A DNA stretch of 64,000 nt from Octopus vulgaris (lineage: Eukaryota): NCBI GenBank assembly GCA_951406725.2, contig OX597842.1, positions 744,001-808,000 of the forward strand, given 5' to 3'. Positions 40,280-54,164 of the stretch are shown here, piece by piece (positions within the stretch are counted from its first letter, which is position 1; each line of letters begins with the position of its first letter). Both the position numbers and the translations under genes were made by a program. Under the pieces are notes generated by a model that did not search any database, was not told the DNA's origin, and worked only from the letters and a program-made list of their open reading frames with translations.

Positions 40280-40362
40280 CAGTATGATCGTTTCATGCAA
40301 CTCCATTTAATTGAACAATTCAATCATTACATCAATTTAAAATGTAGGGCAATCTTCAGCTG
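40280..40362 (-). ncRNA. Hammerhead-like motif with extended stem II
   Basis: cag CTGAAGA ttgc...gcat GAAA cgatca TA ctg. The stem III palindrome cgatcg appears CpG-decayed. Confidence 0.45.
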
Positions 40363-40777
40363 CACAAAGACATAGAATTTAATTAAATTAGAACAGATGG
40401 ACACATTAGTATAATTATACCTAAAATCCCCAAGAAGTTAAGGAGATAGACAAAAAACATGTCTCTACTTCAGCATCGAAGTTACCGAAAATATCAAGAA
40501 AAATTTGCCTGCCACAAATTTTAGTTAGGGAAACCTTAAAACAAGATGTTGGCTGATAATTAAGGGGGGGGGGGTCGCCCACTAGCAGACTATTATATAT
40601 ATATATATATATATATATGGATATATACAAATATTTGCCTACACACACACACACACACGTTTATATCAAATGTATATATACAAATATATATATATGTATA
40701 CCTGTCCGAAGTCTGGACGCCATGATAGATCGTTAGCTCCTATATGCATTTTTTCTCTCTTTGTTTTTTTCTGTGTA

Positions 40778-40815
40778 TCTTTCTGTCGAAGAGCGTAGGC
40801 TCGAAACGTAAAAGA
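40778..40815 (+). ncRNA. Hammerhead-like motif, core variant (sister copy on minus strand at about 56649-56682)
   Basis: tcttt CTGTCGA a gagc gtag gctc GAAA cgta aaaga. The sister copy has canonical CTGATGA but GTAA. Confidence 0.55.
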
Positions 40816-41914
40816 CTTTTTCTATTCCTGAGCGCCATACTAATACATTTGTTTGTTTGTACTCCACCTGCCTTCGTCTTTTGTTTATTTTCGTAAACTT
40901 TCCCTTTATATGTATACCTACATATACGTACATGCATGCAAGTATACATACATATGTACATACATACATTGACATACATATGTATACAGTCACACACATG
41001 CCCTTCCTAACACCAACCACTCCATTAGACTCTTGGAGTGGTAGGCATTAGGAAGGGCGATCATCCATAGAAACAATGCTGAATCTGACTGGAACTTGGT
41101 GCAGCTCTGTGGCTTACCAGTTCCAGTCAAAGCATCTAACGAATGCCAGCATCTTGCAGCTCACCTGCGACGGACCGGCGTCCCGTCTAGGTGAGGAATC
41201 TATATGCCAAGGAAACCGTGAAACTGGCCCTTATGAACCAGGGATGGCTTGAGAAGGAACAAAAAAGACATGATGCAAAAATTTGACCATCAGAAACCAC
41301 TGGCTCCTAATTTAATTGACCTAATCTTTGCAACAAAATCTGACCATCACAAAACACCACTTCATAATTCAACTCACCTAAGACATTCAAAATTTGACCA
41401 TCAGAAACCACTACCTCTTAATTCAACAAATTTGGCCAATGCTACAGACTTCAACCCTCACAAAATGTATCATCTGAATCCAGCTAACCCAGTCCTTCTT
41501 CCCAGCTTCCATCATCAAAACCCAAGCATCTCAACTCAACCATAAATTTTGACCACTGCAGCTCTGCCACCTCACCTACACTTTACTCTCCCCACAGCTG
41601 CTCCTACACTCCATCCAACATCACACACAGCCTCCCTTGCACTTGTATAGATCTTTACATCGATCATCCATTTCATCCAGTTTCCCCATTCACAATTTCC
41701 AGACTTGAATAATAAGGCCTCTGTACTCTCTCTCTCTCTCTCACTCCCTCTTTCTTTCACACACACACACACACACACTCTCTCTCTCTCTCTCTTTCCT
41801 TCTCTTTTTCTTTTTCTCCTTCTGAAGAAAGTTAAGTGTGTAAAGCAATTTTTTACAATCCCCATGGCTAATCAATTCATTGAAATCTAATTTATTTTTC
41901 TTCTATAAAGTGCG

Positions 41915-41946
<32 letters not shown>

Positions 41947-42006
41947 AGTTCATGTAGACATATATATGTAATTATATATATGAATGTGTGTGTGTGTGAG
42001 TATAGG

Positions 42007-42042
<36 letters not shown>

Positions 42043-42100
42043 GTATACACACACACGCATATATATGTATGCATACACACATACACATATATATTACATA

Positions 42101-42138
<38 letters not shown>

Positions 42139-42166
42139 TACACACACAGATATATATTACATACCC

Positions 42167-42197
<31 letters not shown>

Positions 42198-42276
42198 TAC
42201 ATATATATATATACACGCATATACACAATCACACATATATATGTATACATACACACACAGATATATATTACATATA

Positions 42277-42309
<33 letters not shown>

Positions 42310-42647
42310 GTGTATGCATACACTCAAAGATATATATTACATACTCATATACACACATACACACACACATATATACAAACATAAACACATATATATGTAC
42401 ACACACACACACATATATGTATGCATACACACACAGATATATTTTACATACTCATATATATATATATATATATATATTACGTACACACACACACACACAT
42501 ACATATATGCATGTTACATGCACACAAACATTATGTAGATGTGTGCGTGTGCATGTCTGTGCGTCTAGATCTTCTTTCTGCCAAAAGTTAAATAATCAAA
42601 CGATAAATATAAATAAATTTCAAAACGCAAAACACAATAATGAGGAT

Positions 42648-42692
42648 ACTACTACTACTACTACAAACTACTACTACTACTACTACTACTAC

Positions 42693-42735
<43 letters not shown>

Positions 42736-43330
42736 CAATCATTATTATTGTAATCATTGTTATTCATCCTTATCCTTACCCTTATTGTTATCATATCATT
42801 ATTGTTATTTATTATTGTTATTATTATTATCATTATTATTATTATTGTTATTATTTGCTATTATTGTCTTTATCATTATGGCCCTGATTATTATTATCAT
42901 CATTATTATTATTATTATTATCATTATTGTTATTTATTATTATTATCATTATTATTATTATTAATATTATCATTATTATTATTATTATTATCATCATTAT
43001 TATTATTTTATTACCATTATTATTATTATTATTATCATTTTTATTATTATTATCATTTTTATTATTTTATTATTTATTTATTATTATCATCATCATCATC
43101 GTTATTATTATCATCATTATTATGATTACTATCATTTTTATTATTTGATTATCATCATTTTTATTATTATTATCTTTATTACTATTGTTATCTTTATTAT
43201 TATTATTATCATCATTATTGTTATTATTATCATTTTTATTATTATTTATTATTATCATTGCTATTATTTTATTGTTGTTATTATCATTATTATTATTATC
43301 ATTATCATTGTTATTATTATTATTATTACT
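42648..43330. repeat. (TAC)n/(TAA)n followed by degenerate (TTA)n
   Basis: Direct reading. Confidence 0.9.
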
Positions 43331-43927
43331 AAATAATACAAGAATACACCAGTAAGCTTTTCTCAATAAAAACGGTGTCTAACGTTTCTTGGAGGCAGTC
43401 ACTTCCCCGCCACCCCCATCTCTCTCCCCCTCTCTCTTGGGAATTAATGATTTTTGCTTTGTTCTAACAAAGTTGTTGATTTATCATTCTTAATTATCAT
43501 GATTAATTAATGTTAGGCCATCATTGTAATTATCCTTGTTGTTGCTGTTGTAGATATTGTTGTTGTTATTGTTGGTGTTGATTTTGTAATTGTTTTTGCT
43601 GTGTTGCATATTTGGGAGAATCAACGATGAAGAAGATAACACAAAGGAAAAAAAATTAAAACAGAAAACAATGTTGCACTCCTTGGTTTAGGTCCCTTCA
43701 TAATATCTGCTATGAATTCCTTTGCTGTATATATATATATGTATAAATATATATACGTACATACATATAAATATGCATACATACATTGACATACATATGT
43801 ATACACACACATGCATGGTCTTCCTAACACTAACCACTCCATTAGACTCTTGGAGTGGTAGGCATTAGGAAGGGCGTGTGTGCGTGTGGGTCTATATGCA
43901 TATATGTGTGTGTGTGTGCATCTCTAT

Positions 43928-44312
43928 ACTCTTACTCTCTTTTACTTGTTTCAGTCATTTAGTCGAGCAAATCGACCCCGGGACTTATTCTTTATAAGCC
44001 CAGTACTTACTCTATCGGTCTCTTTTGCCGAACCGCTAAGTGACGGAGACATAAACACACCATCATTGGTTGTCAAGCAATGCTAGAGGGACAAACACAG
44101 ACACATAAACATATACACACACATACAAATATATATATATATACATATATACGACAGGCTTCTTTCAGTTTCCGTCTACCAAATCCACCCACAAGGCTTT
44201 GGTTGGCCCGAGGCTATAGCAGAAGACACTTGCCCAAGATGCCACGCAGTGGGACTGAACCCAAAACCATGTGGTTGGTTAGCAAGCTACTTACCACACA
44301 GCCACTCCTGTA
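43928..44312 (-). mobile_element. SINE-A
   Basis: Consensus match with a small tail deletion. Confidence 0.88.
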
Positions 44313-44567
44313 CCTATGTGTGTGTGTATATATATATATTTATATTTCTTTATTGACCACAAGTGGGCTAAACACAAAGGAAACAAACAAGGACAAATGG
44401 ATTAAGTCAATTACATCGACCCCACTGCATAACTGGTACTTATTTAATCGACTCCGAAAGGATGAAAGGCAAATTCAACCTCGGCGGAATTTGAACTCAG
44501 AACATAATGGTAGACGAAATACCTATAAGTATTTCGGTTGGCGTGTTAGCGATTCTATCAGCTCACC

Positions 44568-44598
<31 letters not shown>

Positions 44599-44667
44599 GT
44601 AGGTCCCGGGTTGATTCGGGGTTAACCACAGTAAGTAAGGTACTCAATACATAGCAGAGTAAAATTA

Positions 44668-44793
44668 ATTTATTATATAGAAGGAGCTTCTACAGGACTA
44701 GTACTGTTTCATTCAAGAGAAATCTTCAGGAAGCTTCCTGAAGATTTCTCTTGAATGAAACAGTACTAGTCCTGTAGAAGCTCCTTCTATATA

Positions 44794-44799
<6 letters not shown>
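44668..44799. repeat. Perfect 132 bp palindrome without spacer
   Basis: The two 66 bp arms are exact reverse complements centred on aag|ctt (44733/44734). Confidence 0.95.
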
Positions 44800-44831
<32 letters not shown>

Positions 44832-45589
44832 TTACATACATATATATATATTTATATAGTGTATGTGTGTGTGTATGAACACATATATGCACATATACAC
44901 ACACATACATATATATATATATAGGGAGTGTGTGGAAGGAGTAGACCCAGGAAGATGAGGGTTGAACTGGTAAGAAAAGATCTTCAGATGTTGAGCCTCA
45001 CAGAGGGGGGTGAGTGAGGCTTCTGGTGGTAGAAGAGACTTGCTCAAGGTGACAAGCAATAAGACTGAACCGGAACCATGTGATTTGGAAGCAAAATTCT
45101 TAGCACACAAGCACGTCTGCACATATATGTTTGTGTTTACGTGTGTGTGTGTGTGTATATATTTTTTTTTTTTTTTTTTTTTTTTTGTACTTGTTTCAGT
45201 CATTTTGACTGCGGCCATGCTGGAGCACCGCCTTTTAGAGTGGTGAAAGAGTACAGCGGGGATCACCACCATCCCCTGCCGGAGCCTCGTGGAGCTTTTA
45301 GGTGTTTTCGCTCAATATAACACACACAACGCCCGGTCTGGGAATCGAAACCGCGATCCTCCGACCGCAAGTCCGCTGCCCTAACCACTGGGCCATTGCG
45401 CCTCCAATATATATATATATTAATAATAATAATATTAGGGAGTATAACTCCAAACTTACAGGGAAAAATTAGATTTAGTATTAAATCAAATTTCACAGTA
45501 TAAATACATAAAATATAAAATATGAATTAGAGATAAAACCACTATTATGCAACTCAAACAGTGATAGACATAAACCAATATATGAATAA

Positions 45590-46260
45590 CATCATCATCA
45601 TCATCATCATTTAACGTCCGCTTTCCATGCTAGCATGGGTTGGACGGTTCAACTGGGGTCTGGGGAGCCCGAAAGCTGCACCAGTCCAGTCAGATCTGGC
45701 AGTGTTTCTACAGCTGGATGCCCTTCCTAACGCTAACCACTCCGAGAGTGTAGTGGGTGATTTTATGTGCCACCGACACAGGTGCCAGACGAGGCTGGCA
45801 GACGGCCACGCTCGGATGGTGTTTTTTATGTGCCACCGACACAGGTGCCAGACGAGGCTGGCAGACGGCCACGCTCGGATGGTGTTTTTTATGTGCCACC
45901 GACACAGGTGCCAGACGAGGCTGGCAAACGGCCACGCTCGGATGGTGTTTTTTATGTGCCACCGACACAGGTGCCAGACGAGGCTGGCAAACGGCCACGC
46001 TCGGATGGTGTTTTTTATGTGCCACCGACACAGGTGCCAGACGAGGCTGGCAAACGGCCACGCTCGGATGGTGTTTTTATGTGCCACCGACACAGGTGCC
46101 AGACGAGGCTGGCAGACGGCCACGCTCGGATGGTGTTTTTATGTGCCACCGACACAGGTGCCAGATGAGGCTGGCAAACGGCCACGATCGGATGGTGTTT
46201 GTTACGTGTCCACAGCACGGAGGCCAGTCGATCCGGTACTGGCTACGGCCACGTTCGGAT
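45590..46260 (-). mobile_element. RTE 3' UTR copy with about 7 x 62 bp internal tandem repeat
   Basis: Reverse complement of the 24145-24651 unit and tail. Confidence 0.85.
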
Positions 46261-47359
46261 GAAATAATATAAATATAATTAATATAATATATATATATAT
46301 ATATATATTAATTTTGTTTGTTATTTATGTATTGGTTTATGTCTATCACTGTTTGAGTTGCATAATAGTGGTTTTATCTCTAATTCATATTTTATATTAT
46401 ATATCTATTATAAAATCCGTTGTCTGTCTCTGTGTGCCTTCTTGGATCTCGGGTGTCCTCCATCCAATTGTGCTCAAATTTGATATGTAGATGCCGACGG
46501 TATCAGGGTGTGTATAAGTCTTGAAAAAATTACAAAAATCGATTCCAGGTGAGAATACGATCGATAGAGCCGTTTTTGTCCTGCTTTTCTTCCGTCAACC
46601 TGTACATAACTGCACCTTCCATTTTTGTTGTTTTTGTACTGCTTAAAGGCACGTTTCTTTCCTTCCAAGCTTACTGATTAAACCATGTTTGTGTTCTCCC
46701 AGTCAACAGCCTTATCATTACTGCTACTTTAAACTCTTTGGTTGCATATTTGTGTGAATAAAATCGTTTTTCTTTGGAATAGAAAAAAAGTCTATCTTTA
46801 TTTCTTCTTTTGCTGGTGTCTCAAATTTAGGTTAAATCAGTGTTTCTCAAAGGGGAGGCCTGTGGGATGGTCGGACAAGTTGTTTTGCGAAAATTTGGTT
46901 TAAATGTTTGACAACTCAGCACTGTCCATTGGACGGGGGAGGGGGGCGTTTTGCTCATATATATATATATACATATGTATGTATATATAGATAGATATAT
47001 CTGTGTGTGTGCTTGTCTTTCCGTCTGTGTTTCTCCCCTCCACCATTGTTGACAACCGTTGTTGGTGTGTTTACATCCTTGTAACTTAGTGGTTCAGCAA
47101 AGGAGTGTGATAGAATAACCACCAAACTTAACAAATTAAGTACAGGGTTGATTCATTCGACTAAAAGAAATTCTTCCAGGTGGTGCCCCAGCTTAGCCAC
47201 GATCTAATAGCTAAAATAAGTAGAAGATAAATATATCAGGCATACAAAAACGAGAGGTACAGTGACTAGACGACCATATATCTTTACTATAAGACATTCT
47301 CCATCCTCTACTATGTAAGGAAGCCAATTCTTAGACCTTATTTAACATATTTGTTGCAG

Positions 47360-47657
47360 GTAGTTCATACAACAATGCTGCTGTCAACAAAGTATGAACA
47401 TCAAAAGTTATTCACGAGTTTTACGCAATCTCTGGAGATCTGACAATTTAATCAGATAAGAGGATTTTTCTTATATAACTGATATTGTTAATGAAATGTG
47501 TGTAAGATGATGTAAGTAAATATTATAAGAACGGAATTTCCTGATTTGTTTTAATTTGTAAATGTACTCTGCGACCTACACGACAGCAGAGAGACCCAAT
47601 AAATATAATTCAGAATGTAATGGAAATCCCCTTCACTGCTTTCGTTTGGAGCTACAG
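47360..47657 (+). other. Candidate spliced exon (non-coding or 5' UTR-containing)
   Basis: Unique sequence bounded by ttgttgcag| and CAG|GTAAGT. No frame is open throughout. Confidence 0.25.
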
Positions 47658-48379
47658 GTAAGTACAAAAGTTATAAATACTAGTTTTCTATCATCTGATT
47701 TACATCTAGAAAACACAATGATATTGTGTGTATGTATGTGTGTATACAGAGAGAGAGAGATACAGACAGGCAGAGAGAGATGTGCATAAGCTTATATATA
47801 TATGTAAGCATATACATATAAGTGTATATATGTGTGGTGTGAGTATATATATATATATATATATATAAATGCTTATGAGCGTGCATGTATGTATATACCT
47901 ATCTACCTACATATATACATATATATATATATATATATAGTTAATAGATAGATATATACATACACATGTATATGTATATATACATTTACATATACAAATA
48001 ATATATAAATATATGCATATATACATACATATAAGTACATACCTAGATATATATGTATATATACATGCATCTATGGGTACAGGACATCAAAAAAACGTTG
48101 AACACAATGAGAAACAGAAACATAGAAAACGAACGTTTTTACGAACAACAAAAAAATCAAACAAACAGTGAAACGAGACATGCAGCATAAAGAATATTCC
48201 CCTTCTTCAGTTGTCCCTGTTTCATCTACTCTGCATTTCGAAGGTAAGGACAAGATGCAACTTTGTTGAAACAGTCCTTCCCACAAAGAAAATTAAACAA
48301 AATTTGGGATTTTTTTGTGGGGGGTGACAGTGGTAACAAGAACAGGACAGTGAGAACAAATGGTGAGGCCTATATATAG

Positions 48380-48424
<45 letters not shown>

Positions 48425-48851
48425 TACATACATACAAACACACACACACACGTACATGTATGTATGTATGTACAAACATATAAATACATACACATACATA
48501 TATATATACATTTATATATATTTATATATATCGGTAGAAAGAGAGGGAGAGAGATACATGTTTACATATATACATATATATGTATATCTAGATATATACA
48601 TACATGAATATATATATATGTATATGCAAGAACACAGACACACACAGACATTCAAACACATGGAAATTTTTCATAATGCTAATGCGTAGTTTTGCCTAAA
48701 ACACAGAGACACCGAAACAGACTTTATAATTTTACTATCATATAAGAATACACAGGAAATTATTCACATAATCGCAAGACAGTTTTTGAGACAGATGTGT
48801 ATTAAGACAGTTAAACAGTTAACTGTATATATATTGTATATATATATATGT

Positions 48852-48883
<32 letters not shown>

Positions 48884-49272
48884 GTGTAATGAGAAAGCTG
48901 CTGTAAGTTAATGACGTGTGTTGCTTAATGTTGGACAATGAAAACATGTAAGTTTGTATAAGTAGAAGGACATAGGAAGAATAACATTGTCTTTTCTTGG
49001 ATAAATGTTTCTTATTATGTGGAGACTTTGGTTACTACGGTTACAAGGAAGCAAGACACTTGACAAAGACATGCCGAGGAGAATTTTGGTTAAATGGATG
49101 CTTAATGGTTAGAAACAGAATGACGACAGTGTCTTTTATATTTTACTTCTTTCACTGACTGTGGCCATGCTGGGGCACCACATTAAAGGGCTTAGCTGAA
49201 GAAATTAACCCTAGGACTTTTTTGTGTGCATTATTATTTAATAACTGATATTTATTCTTTTATTGCTTTATT

Positions 49273-52200
49273 CTTTTACTCGTTTCAGTCAATTGACTGT
49301 GGCCATGCTGGAGCACCGCCTTTAGTTGAGCAAATTGACACCAGGACTTATTTTATGTAAGCCTAGTACTTATTCTATCGGTCTCTTTTGCCGAAACACA
49401 CCAGCATCAGTTGTCAAGTGATTTTGGGGAACAAACATAGACACAGACATATACACACACATACATATATATACATATATACGATGGGCTTCTTTCAGTT
49501 TCCATCTACCAAATCCACTAACAAGGCTTTGGTCAGTCTGAGGCTATAGTAGAAGACACTTGCCTAAAGTACCATGCAGTGGGAATGAACCTGGAACCAT
49601 GCAGTTCGTAAGCAAGCTACTTACCACACAGCCACTCCCACACATTTGATCATTCTTTACTGGACTGCTAAGTTACAGGGATGTAAATAAACCATCACTG
49701 GTCATCAAGTTGTGGTGGACAAACACAAACACCCAGTTTATATATGTATATATACGATGGGCTTCTTTCAGTTTCCATGAACCAAATCCAATCACAAGGC
49801 TTTGGTCAGCTCAAAGCTGTAGTAGAAGGCATATGTTCAAGGTGCCATGCAGTGGGACTGAACCCATAACTACATGGATGAGAAGCAAGCTACTTACCCC
49901 ACAGCTATGCCTACACCAGAATCTTCTAGAATATCACCAGGCTTAATAATGTAAGTACTAGAGTCAATTGGTTTGACTAGAACCCTTCAAGGTGGTGCCC
50001 CAGCATAGCCACAGTACAATGACTGAAACAAGTGGAAGATAGAAGTTACAAGATACCCATAGACACAGGCATGGCTGTGTGGTAGAAAGCTTGCTTCACA
50101 AACACATGGTTCTAGGTTCAGTTCCACTGCGAAACACCCTGGGTAAGTGTCTTCTACTATAGCCTCAGGCTGGCCAAAGTCTTGTAACAGCATTTGATAG
50201 ACGGAAATTGTGTGTGTATCTGCGTTTGTCCCCCAACATCGTTTGCCAAATGATGTTGGTGTGTTTACATCCTCATAACTTAGCAGTTCAGCAGGAGATA
50301 CTGGTAGAATAAGTAATAGGCTTACAAAGAATAAGTCTTGGGGTCAATTTGTTTGACTAAAACCCTTTAAAAAGTTTGCTTCCCAACCACATGATTCTGG
50401 GTTCAGTCCTACTGCGTGGCACTTTGGCAAGTCTCTTTTACTGTAACCCTGGGCCAACCAAAGCCGTGTGATAGATTTCGTAGGTGGAAACTGAAAGAAA
50501 CCTGTTGTGTGTATATATATGAATATATGCACACACACACACACATATATATACACACACACACATATAAAATAGAGAAGAACCACCTTTTATCAATTCA
50601 ACAATGAAATAACAATGATATAATTAAATTATACCATATTTTTATATGGTATAATATAATTATATCATTGTTATTTCATTGTTGAATTGCTACATGGTGG
50701 TTCTTCTCAAAATCATATACATGTATTATATATTGTGAAATTTGATTTAGTAATACTAAATTGAATTTTTCCCTATAAGTTTGGAATAATATTCCCTAAT
50801 ATTATTATTATTATATATATATGTGTGTGTGTGTTTTTGTATGTATGTATGTGCATGTGTGTGTGTGTTTGTCTCCCCACTATCACTTGAAAATCGGTGT
50901 AGGTTAATTTACATCTTTGTAACTTAGTGGTTCAGTAAAGAGATAGTAATAAAAAAATACCTGACCTCAACCAGGGATCATATGGCGTTGGGGGTTCCAT
51001 ATAAGATTTTATTGCTTAAAGTTACATGCAACAAATTGTTTATACCTCTATGATACACAAAATATTTCAAAGATTTTTTATATAGGCACAAGTGTGGCTG
51101 TGTGCTAAGAAGCCTATTTACTAACCACATGGTTCTAGGTTCAGTCTCACTGTGTGGCATTTTGGGCAAGTGTCTTCTGATATAGCTTTGGGCTGACCAA
51201 GCCTTGTGAATGTTTTTGGTAGACAGAAACTGTAAGAAGCCCTTTCTATGTGTGTGTGTGTGTAATTCTATGCCTGTGTTTGTCCCTCCATCATTACTTG
51301 ACAACTGATGTTGGTGTGTTTACGTCCCCTGTAACTAGAGGTTCAGCAAAAGAGACTGATACAGCATGGCCACAGTCAAATGACTGAAACAAGTAAAAAG
51401 ATAAAAGAATAAAGAATTACTAATAATATTTAATTATAATAAAGCAATGGGATTATTAAATCATAGAATGGCTAAGGGGACCAGGAGAGAAAATTGTGAT
51501 CAAAGGGGCCCAGAGGTTAAAAAATGGTTTAAAAGTTCTTAAAAGGTATTTTCTATTCTTTTTATTCTTTTTACTTGCTTCAGTCATTTGATTGCAGCCA
51601 TGCTGGAGCTCCACCTTTAGTTGAGCAAATCGATCCTAGGACTTATTCTTTCTAAGCCTAGTACTTATTCTATCAGTATCTTTTGCCGAAATGCTAAGTT
51701 ACAGGGATGCAAACACACCAGCATCAGTTGTCAAGCAATGTTGAGGGGCGGGGCACAAACAGACACACACACACACACACACACATATGTATATATATAT
51801 ATATATACACACACACATATATATGATGGGCTTCTTTCAGTTTCCGCCTACCAAATCCGCTCACAAGGCTTTGGTCAGCCCGAGGCTATAGTAGAAGACA
51901 CTTGCCCATGGTACCTTGTAGTGGGACTGAACTCAGAACCATGTGGTTGGGAAGCAAGCTACTTACCATGCAGCCACTCCTGCACCTACCTGTGTATGTA
52001 TATTCTTTAAAGGCATTTTATTGTGGCCATGCTGGAGCACCACCTTGAAGGATTTTAGTTGAACAAATCAACCCCAGAACTTATTTTTTAAACCTAGTAC
52101 TTATTCTATCGATTTCTTTTGCCAAAGCACTAAGTTACAGGGACGTGAATACACCAATATCAGTTGTCAAGCAGTGATGGGTGTGAGGAGACAAATGCAG

Positions 52201-52427
52201 ATACACAGACACACATATTTATATATATATCTATATATATATATATATATACATGCATATATATACAACAGGCTTCTTTCAGTTTTCATCTACCAAATCC
52301 ACTCTCAAGGCTTCGGTTGGCTCAAGGCTATAGTAGAAGGCACTTCCTTGAGGTGTCATGCAGTGGGACTGAACCTAGAACCATGTGGTTGAGAAGCAAG
52401 CTTCTTACTGAACACCCATGCCTGTGC

Positions 52428-52430
<3 letters not shown>
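49273..52430. mobile_element. Dense SINE-A cluster in both orientations
   Basis: Minus copies at about 49273-49640, 49650-49915, 51555-51987 and 52020-52430. Plus copies at about 50063-50510 and 51084-51415. Confidence 0.85.
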
Positions 52431-52473
<43 letters not shown>

Positions 52474-52821
52474 GTATATATATATATATGGATAGATAGA
52501 TAGATAGATTTAAAAGACAGAATCCTTCTCAAGCAACTCAATCATCATTCAATGACATTATGCACAATAGGTACATATAGGACTAAATATTAAAATTATC
52601 AAAATTAATACCTTCAATTCTTATTTCAAATCATATACTTTACTACGCCTATACAGATAAGTTAACATTTCTTTTTACTAACATTTTTTTTTCCTGTTTT
52701 TATTCCACATTTCTGTTCATTATTTACTAAAGTAAAATTATTCCGACAACTTCTAGTTATATAATTTTAGTTTGTTATGTCTTTATATAGGATGCAAGTA
52801 AGAAAATAAGTTCATATATGC

Positions 52822-52928
52822 TAGACCTGAAGATTGGCAATATAATCGTTTTAATATGGCATTGTATTTAGAGACCTTTTACTTCAGTAATATCAAAGAA
52901 TATGTTGTCATGAAACACACATAGTCTA
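52822..52928 (+). ncRNA. Hammerhead-like motif with a long stem II loop inside a foldback element
   Basis: tagac CTGAAGA t tggcaata ... tgttgtca t GAAA cacaca TA gtcta. Stems I and II pair; stem III is decayed. Confidence 0.45.
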
Positions 52929-53688
52929 TATAATGTAAGGTATATGATTTAGAATAAGAACTGAAGGTATTAATTTTGATAATTTTAATATTTAGTCCTA
53001 TATCTACCTATCGTGGCTAATGTCGGTCAATGATGATTGAGTTACTTGAGGGTGATTCTGTCTCTTAAACCTATCTATATATATACATATAATTACAGTG
53101 AGTAATTCATTTTAGTACCACTAAATTGAACTTCTCTCTACTGTTGTCTCGGAAATAATTTTCCTAACATTAGTATTAATTAATTATATATACATATATA
53201 TCTTTTTTTTTACCCCTGTCACAACTTGATGAGAAGTGTTGGTTTATTTACATCCCTGTTACTCAGCATCTCAGTAAAAAGGAATCAATAGAATAAATAT
53301 CAGTTTTTAAATAATAATGCACACAAAAAGTCCTAGGGTTAATTTCTTCAGCTAAGCCCTTTAATGTGGTGCCCCAGCATGGCCACAGTCAGTGAAAGAA
53401 GTAAAATATAAAAGACACTGTCGTCATTCTGTTTCTAACCATTAAGCATCCATTTACCCAAAATTCTCCTCGGCATCTCTTTGTTAAGTGTCTTGCTTCC
53501 TCGTCACCATAGTAACCAAAGTCTCCACATAATAAGAAACATTTATCCAAGAAAAGACAATGTTATTCTTCCTATGTCCTTCTCCTTACACAAACTTACA
53601 TGTTTTCATTGTCCAACATTAAGCAACGCACGTCATTAACTTACAGCAGCTTTCTCATTATACATACATACACACATACATATATATG

Positions 53689-53730
<42 letters not shown>

Positions 53731-53743
53731 TATACATATATAC

Positions 53744-53790
<47 letters not shown>

Positions 53791-53795
53791 TATAC

Positions 53796-53826
<31 letters not shown>

Positions 53827-53851
53827 CATATATATATATACATATATATAC

Positions 53852-53921
<70 letters not shown>

Positions 53922-54140
53922 GGTGGAGGCACAATGGCCCAGTGGTTAGGGCAGCGGACTGGCGGTCGTAGGATCGCGGTTTCGATTCCCAGACCGGGCG
54001 TTGTGAGTGTTTATTGAGCGAAAACATCTAAAGCTCCGAGGCTCCAGCAGGGGTGTACGCGATCCCTGCTGTACCCTTTTGCCGCAACCTTCTCTCACTC
54101 TTTCTTCTATTGGCCTGCTTGCTTGGCCAGCAGGGTGGCT
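53922..54140 (+). mobile_element. SINE-D head with alternative 3' region
   Basis: Same head as 29086, diverging after gatccctgctgtac. Confidence 0.78.
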
Positions 54141-54164
54141 TCAAGCATACACACACATATATAT

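Noticed and set aside
45611-46272. Multiple repetitive ORFs on both strands
   Set aside because: They are products of a 62 bp non-triplet tandem unit within a retroelement UTR.
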